Position numbers and translations under genes: made by a program
Source of the DNA: Thermodesulfobacteriota bacterium
GTDB taxonomy: Bacteria > Desulfobacterota > GWC2-55-46
NCBI GenBank assembly: GCA_030583865.1
Contig: CP129479.1
Coordinates: 196,744-260,743, forward strand
DNA: 64,000 nucleotides
Direction: 5' to 3'
Notes under the pieces: model-generated
Told to the model about the DNA's origin: nothing
Database searches by the model: none
What the model saw: the letters and a program-made list of their open reading frames with translations, nothing else
Part shown: piece after piece, positions 60,030 through 64,000 of the stretch
How the letters are laid out: the number at the start of each line of letters is the position of its first letter
How positions within the stretch are numbered: the first letter of the stretch is position 1

Positions 60030-60293
60030 TCAGAAAAGAGGAGGGGCCCTGACTCTTTTGCGGCTCTGAATCTGAGCGGGCCTGTATATGAAGAAGGCCG
60101 TGGATAGTACGAAGAGGACGGATAAGGCCGGCGCCCACGATGCCGATGACGGCGTAACCGACTGATGGTGAGAGGCTACGGCGCAGACCTGGCAGTCCTT
60201 GTGGACGGCCCCGTCCTCGTGGTGGTGGATGCTCAGGCCGACCCCGGTAAAAAGGAAGACGGCGGCCAGGATTATAAGGAGCTGCCTTCTCAT
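60030..60293 (-). CDS. Small 2-TM protein with His/Cys-rich loop (HHHEDGAVHKDCQVCAVASHH)
   Basis: 87 aa with a metal-binding-like loop between two hydrophobic segments. First gene of the metal-uptake cluster. Confidence 0.5.
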   Translation of the reverse strand: MRRQLLIILAAVFLFTGVGLSIHHHEDGAVHKDCQVCAVASHHQSVTPSSASWAPALSVLFVLSTAFFIYRPAQIQSRKRVRAPPLF

Positions 60294-60515
60294 GACCGCG
60301 CCATTTTAGTTTACGCGGCCACTGCTGTCAACCGGAACCGGAAGCTCAGCTTCGGGAATCCATTTTTTCTGCACTGCCCCGCTTCCTTGACAATCCACCC
60401 TTGTGTGTTAGGGTTTTAAGTGAGAGCCGCATTCCGGGCGTGTCTACGCGTTCCCTCAGGAGGAGCGCGCCAGTTCAATCAATCTCGGTTTTTTTGAAAA
60501 GACAGGGGGTATGGC

Positions 60516-60923
60516 TTGAGCGCTGCTGCCCAATACGCGCCGCTTTGGCCGCTTGCCGTCTATTTCGTCGGGGTAGTCCTCCTCGTCGGGGCCATGCTCG
60601 TCCTCTCCCATGTGCTTGGCGAGCGGAGGAGGGAAAGGCTCACCTCCGTCCCCTATGAGTCCGGTGTCGTAGCGACCGGCTCGGCCCGCCTACATTTCGA
60701 CGTGAAATTCTACATGGTAGCCATGTTCTTCGTGATCTTCGACATGGAAGCCGTCTTCGTATTCGCCTGGGCCGTTTCCGCACGCGAAGCAGGCTGGGCC
60801 GGATATATCGAGATGCTAATCTTCATAGGGATACTGCTTGCCGCGCTCTTTTATCTATGGAAGCTCGGGGCCCTCGAATGGGGCACCTCCATGAAGATAA
60901 GGAGGAAGACAGAGCCTCTCTGA
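60516..60923 (+). CDS. nuoA: NADH-quinone oxidoreductase subunit A
   Basis: 3-TM NuoA-like protein. TTG start with a GGGGG RBS. Confidence 0.8.
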   Translation: MSAAAQYAPLWPLAVYFVGVVLLVGAMLVLSHVLGERRRERLTSVPYESGVVATGSARLHFDVKFYMVAMFFVIFDMEAVFVFAWAVSAREAGWAGYIEMLIFIGILLAALFYLWKLGALEWGTSMKIRRKTEPL

Positions 60924-60944
60924 AAATATCAAAGGGGGCGGGTC

Positions 60945-61556
60945 ATGCGGTTGAATACCGGGCATGCGGAGATGCCGGCGGGCGTGGAAGCGCAGCGCCG
61001 GAACTTTTTGCTTACGAAGCTCGAAGACATGGTGGCATGGGGCAGGAAGAACTCCCTGTGGCCGCTTAACTTCGGGCTTTCGTGCTGCTATATAGAGATG
61101 GCCGCGAGCATAACGAGCAGGCACGATATCGCGCGCTTCGGCGCCGAGGTCCTCCGGTCAAGCCCCAGGGAGGCGGACCTAATGATAGTGGCAGGCACCG
61201 TGTTCGTAAAGGTGGCGCCCATGGTAAAGAGGGTCTACGAGCAGATGATGGCCCCCAAATGGGTGATCTCAATGGGCTCGTGCGCGAACTCCGGCGGCAT
61301 GTACGACATATATAGCGTTGTCCAGGGCGTTGACTCGATACTGCCGGTCGACGTCTATGTGCCGGGATGCCCGCCGAGACCGGAGGCGCTCACTGAGGGG
61401 CTCATCCTACTTCAGAAGAGGATAGCCGCGGAGAGGAAACCCCTTACATGGATAACGGGTGAAGCCGAAACGAGGGGAAAAAAGCTCCCGGTCATGCGGG
61501 AGCAAAAAGGCTGGAGGAAAGAGGCGACCACGTTAAGGGAGCCTGACGAGGCCTGA
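60945..61556 (+). CDS. nuoB: NADH-quinone oxidoreductase subunit B
   Basis: Fe-S cluster motifs ([21 protein letters not shown]). Confidence 0.9.
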   Translation: MRLNTGHAEMPAGVEAQRRNFLLTKLEDMVAWGRKNSLWPLNFGLSCCYIEMAASITSRHDIARFGAEVLRSSPREADLMIVAGTVFVKVAPMVKRVYEQMMAPKWVISMGSCANSGGMYDIYSVVQGVDSILPVDVYVPGCPPRPEALTEGLILLQKRIAAERKPLTWITGEAETRGKKLPVMREQKGWRKEATTLREPDEA

Positions 61557-61560
61557 AAAA

Positions 61561-61694
61561 TGGCAGCCTCTAAAAATTGATCTTTTCCCCGGACTCTGCG
61601 TCAGTCCGGGAATAAAAATGCTCACATATTGCCATATATGCTCCGCTTTTTATTCCCGGCCTTCCGGGAAAAGCGGGAAAAATCTCTAATTTTC
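61561..61694 (+). repeat. Repeat family B, copy 5
   Basis: TGGCAGCCTCTAAAAATTGATC...TTTTCAGAGGGTTGCC. Starts 5 nt after the nuoB stop. Confidence 0.9.
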
Positions 61695-61753
61695 AGAGGG
61701 TTGCCATTAATTTACGCTCGTTTCGGCCATCCGTTCAGGCCCTTAAGCCTCAT

Positions 61754-61880
61754 CAGGGTAGCATAACGTCTTCAAAATTGGCAACTCCGGCGTACAATAA
61801 AAGTACGCCTCATTCCTCCTAATTCGACTCCTTGCATCTTGAGCTTTTTGAGCCGCCTGAATATGATTTTAAATAAGCTT
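61754..61880 (+). repeat. Repeat family A, copy 4 (5' arm degenerate)
   Basis: CCGGCGTACAATAAAAGTACGCCTCATTCCTCC...GAGCTTTTTGAGCCGCCTGAATATG. Ends 16 nt before the nuoC ATG. Confidence 0.7.
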
Positions 61881-61896
61881 CCTCCAGCGGGGCGCT

Positions 61897-63654
61897 ATGT
61901 CCATTGCGGCAGCATCGAACATATTGGAGGACCTGGCATCCAGGTTCGGCGAGGGCGCGGTTACGCCAGAGCCCACTGCCGACAGCTTGCCTACCTTCTG
62001 GACGCCGAAGGAGAAGCTGCTGGAGGTGCTCCAGTTCCTGAAGACCGGCGTCGAGGGGCCGTACAGGATGCTCTACGACCTCACGGCAATCGACGAGCGC
62101 ACCCGCCGGAAGCGCAAGGGGCAGCCCGAGAGCGACTTTACCGCCGTTTATCACCTCCTTTCTTTCGACCGTAACGAGGACATAAGGATAAAGGTCGCGC
62201 TCAAGGGTGAGAGCCCGTCAATACCGTCGGCGACCGGGGTGTGGAGCTCGGCAAACTGGTACGAAAGGGAGATATGGGACATGTTCGGCGTCCGGGCAGA
62301 GGGGCACCCGAACCTCCGGCGCATACTCATGCCGCAGTCCTGGGAAGGGCACCCGCTCAGGAAGGACCACCCGGCGCGAAGGACGGACATGGAAAGGTAC
62401 ACCCTCCCGCTCGAGAAGGAGGTCAGGGAAGAGGCGGCGCTAAGGTTCGTCCCTAAAGAATGGGGGATATACAGGACCGAGGGGAACGGGACAGAGTTCA
62501 TGTTCCTCAACATGGGCCCGCACCACCCCGGCACCCACGGGATATTCCGCATCATACTCGAGCTCGACGGCGAGGAGATAGTGAACGCCTTCCCGGACAT
62601 CGGCTACCACCACCGCGGGGCCGAGAAGATGGGCGAAAGGCAGACCTGGCACACCTACATACCTTATACGGACAGGATAGACTACCTTGCCGGGCCGCTC
62701 AACAACTTCCCGTACGTGCTCGCCGTAGAGAGGCTCGCGGGCATAGAGGTTCCCGAAAGGGCCAGGATCGCCCGCGTGATGTTCGCGGAGCTATTCCGCA
62801 TAGCGAGCCATCTCGTCTGGTACGGCACGTTCGCGCAGGACCTGGGGCAGCTCACCCCCGTGTTCCTCACCTTCAACGACAGGGAGCGCGCCTATTCCAT
62901 AATAGAGGCCGTCTCCGGCTTCCGCATGCACCCGGCCTGGTTCAGGATAGGCGGCGTCCAATCCGACCTGCCCAGAGGATGGGAAAAGCTCGTAAGGGAT
63001 TTCATCGAGTACCTGCCGCCCAGGCTCATGGAATACGAAAAGCTCGTGATGGAGAACGCTATAGTGAAGGTGCGGACAAGGGGCATAGGCACGCTCACAC
63101 TCGACCAGGCAATCGACTGGGGAGTGACGGGCCCGAACCTCCGCGCGTGCGGCATCGAATGGGACTTCCGGAAAAAGCGCCCCTATTCAGGCTATGACCA
63201 GTTCGAGTTCGACATACCTACCGCCCATGAGGGCGACAGCTACGCGAGGGCCTTGGTAAGGGTCGAGGAGATGCGCCAGAGCCTGAGGATAATCGAGCAG
63301 TGCCTGGATAACATGCCTTCCGGGCCATATAAGAGCGACCACCCGCTCGCCACCCCGCCGAGAAAAGAGAGGACGATGCGGGACATAGAGACGCTCATAG
63401 GCCATTTCCTTTCGGTAAGCTGGGGGCCTGTCGTCCCGGCAGGGGAGGCCGCGATCGGCACCGAGGCCGCGAAGGGGAACAACACCTATTATCTCGTAAG
63501 CGACGGGGACACCTCTTCATACAGGACCCGCATACGCACCCCTTCATTTCCGCATTTGCAGGCGCTCCCTCTCATGTGCAAGGGCTTCGAGATAGCCGAC
63601 CTCATCGCCATAATGGGGAGCATAGATTTCGTGATGGGCGACGTGGACCGTTAA
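61897..63654 (+). CDS. nuoC: NADH-quinone oxidoreductase subunit C/D (fused)
   Basis: 585 aa with an N-terminal NuoC-like part and a C-terminal NuoD part containing the [NiFe]-hydrogenase-like fold. Confidence 0.9.
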   Translation: MSIAAASNILEDLASRFGEGAVTPEPTADSLPTFWTPKEKLLEVLQFLKTGVEGPYRMLYDLTAIDERTRRKRKGQPESDFTAVYHLLSFDRNEDIRIKVALKGESPSIPSATGVWSSANWYEREIWDMFGVRAEGHPNLRRILMPQSWEGHPLRKDHPARRTDMERYTLPLEKEVREEAALRFVPKEWGIYRTEGNGTEFMFLNMGPHHPGTHGIFRIILELDGEEIVNAFPDIGYHHRGAEKMGERQTWHTYIPYTDRIDYLAGPLNNFPYVLAVERLAGIEVPERARIARVMFAELFRIASHLVWYGTFAQDLGQLTPVFLTFNDRERAYSIIEAVSGFRMHPAWFRIGGVQSDLPRGWEKLVRDFIEYLPPRLMEYEKLVMENAIVKVRTRGIGTLTLDQAIDWGVTGPNLRACGIEWDFRKKRPYSGYDQFEFDIPTAHEGDSYARALVRVEEMRQSLRIIEQCLDNMPSGPYKSDHPLATPPRKERTMRDIETLIGHFLSVSWGPVVPAGEAAIGTEAAKGNNTYYLVSDGDTSSYRTRIRTPSFPHLQALPLMCKGFEIADLIAIMGSIDFVMGDVDR

Positions 63655-63664
63655 GGAGGCGCGA

Positions 63665-64000
63665 GTGCTTTCCGACGAGGAGAGGCGCGAGATAGAGGAG
63701 GAGACCAGGCATTACGGGCAGAAACGGGGGGCTTCCGTCGAGGCGCTCATGTGCGTGCAGCGCCGCAGGGGCTGGGTGGACGACGAAACGCTCCGGGAGG
63801 TCGCGGACATGCTCGGCATGAGCGTTGACGAGCTCGACGGGGTCGCGACCTTCTATAACCTGATATTCAGGAGGCCCGTGGGAAAGAACGTCATACTCAT
63901 ATGCAATACCATAAGCTGCATGGTCATGGGCTATGAAAGGATACTCGCCCACCTGGAGGTAAGGCTCGGCATAAGGCTCGGCCAGACCACGGCCGACGGC
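63665..64000 (+). CDS. nuoE: NADH-quinone oxidoreductase subunit E (3' end lies outside window)
   Basis: GTG start. Thioredoxin-like 2Fe-2S subunit motifs (LICNTISC). Confidence 0.75.
   Translation, partial: MLSDEERREIEEETRHYGQKRGASVEALMCVQRRRGWVDDETLREVADMLGMSVDELDGVATFYNLIFRRPVGKNVILICNTISCMVMGYERILAHLEVRLGIRLGQTTADG

Overview
This is a 64-kb window of high-GC (~63%) bacterial chromosome that is densely coding and looks like core genome, not a mobile island. Coding features in window order: (1) a nitrogen block, glnK(partial)-amtB, with a translationally coupled NtrB/NtrC-like two-component system and thiE on the opposite strand; (2) NUDIX hydrolase, mtnA, moeA; (3) an MltD-like lytic transglycosylase overlapping a B12-binding radical SAM gene, then uvrA; (4) tandem outer-membrane paralogs, pyk, a DUF481 OMP, an AsmA-like protein, mscL, an alpha-glucan phosphorylase, slt, an M48 peptidase; (5) a trehalose operon (hypothetical-treT-otsA-otsB); (6) a MEDS hybrid histidine kinase; (7) an Rrf2 regulator with an FAD oxidoreductase; (8) a pterin cluster (pcd, SDR, folB, folK); (9) a YHS metal-binding protein, htpX, rimO, a c-type cytochrome; (10) a pho block (orphan receiver, oprP porin, pstS, phoB); (11) arsR-arsC-acr3, a rhodanese, a metal ABC importer locus without an ATPase gene; (12) the start of the nuo operon (nuoA, nuoB, fused nuoCD, nuoE partial). 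The most unusual content is non-coding: at least four families of highly structured palindromic intergenic repeats (A: 4 copies, B: 5 copies, C: 2 copies, D: 2 large inverted copies). Their placement is precise and gene-sparing. The four A copies fill intercistronic gaps between adjacent co-directional genes (A1 and A3 begin one base after a stop codon; A4 ends 16 nt before nuoC ATG). I take this for a MITE/REP/ERIC-like repeat repertoire, possibly with RNA-level function. Also noted: a paralogous pair of ~60-aa Cys4 proteins and an MscL with a zinc-ribbon tail. Several promoter, operator and terminator signals were called by eye.
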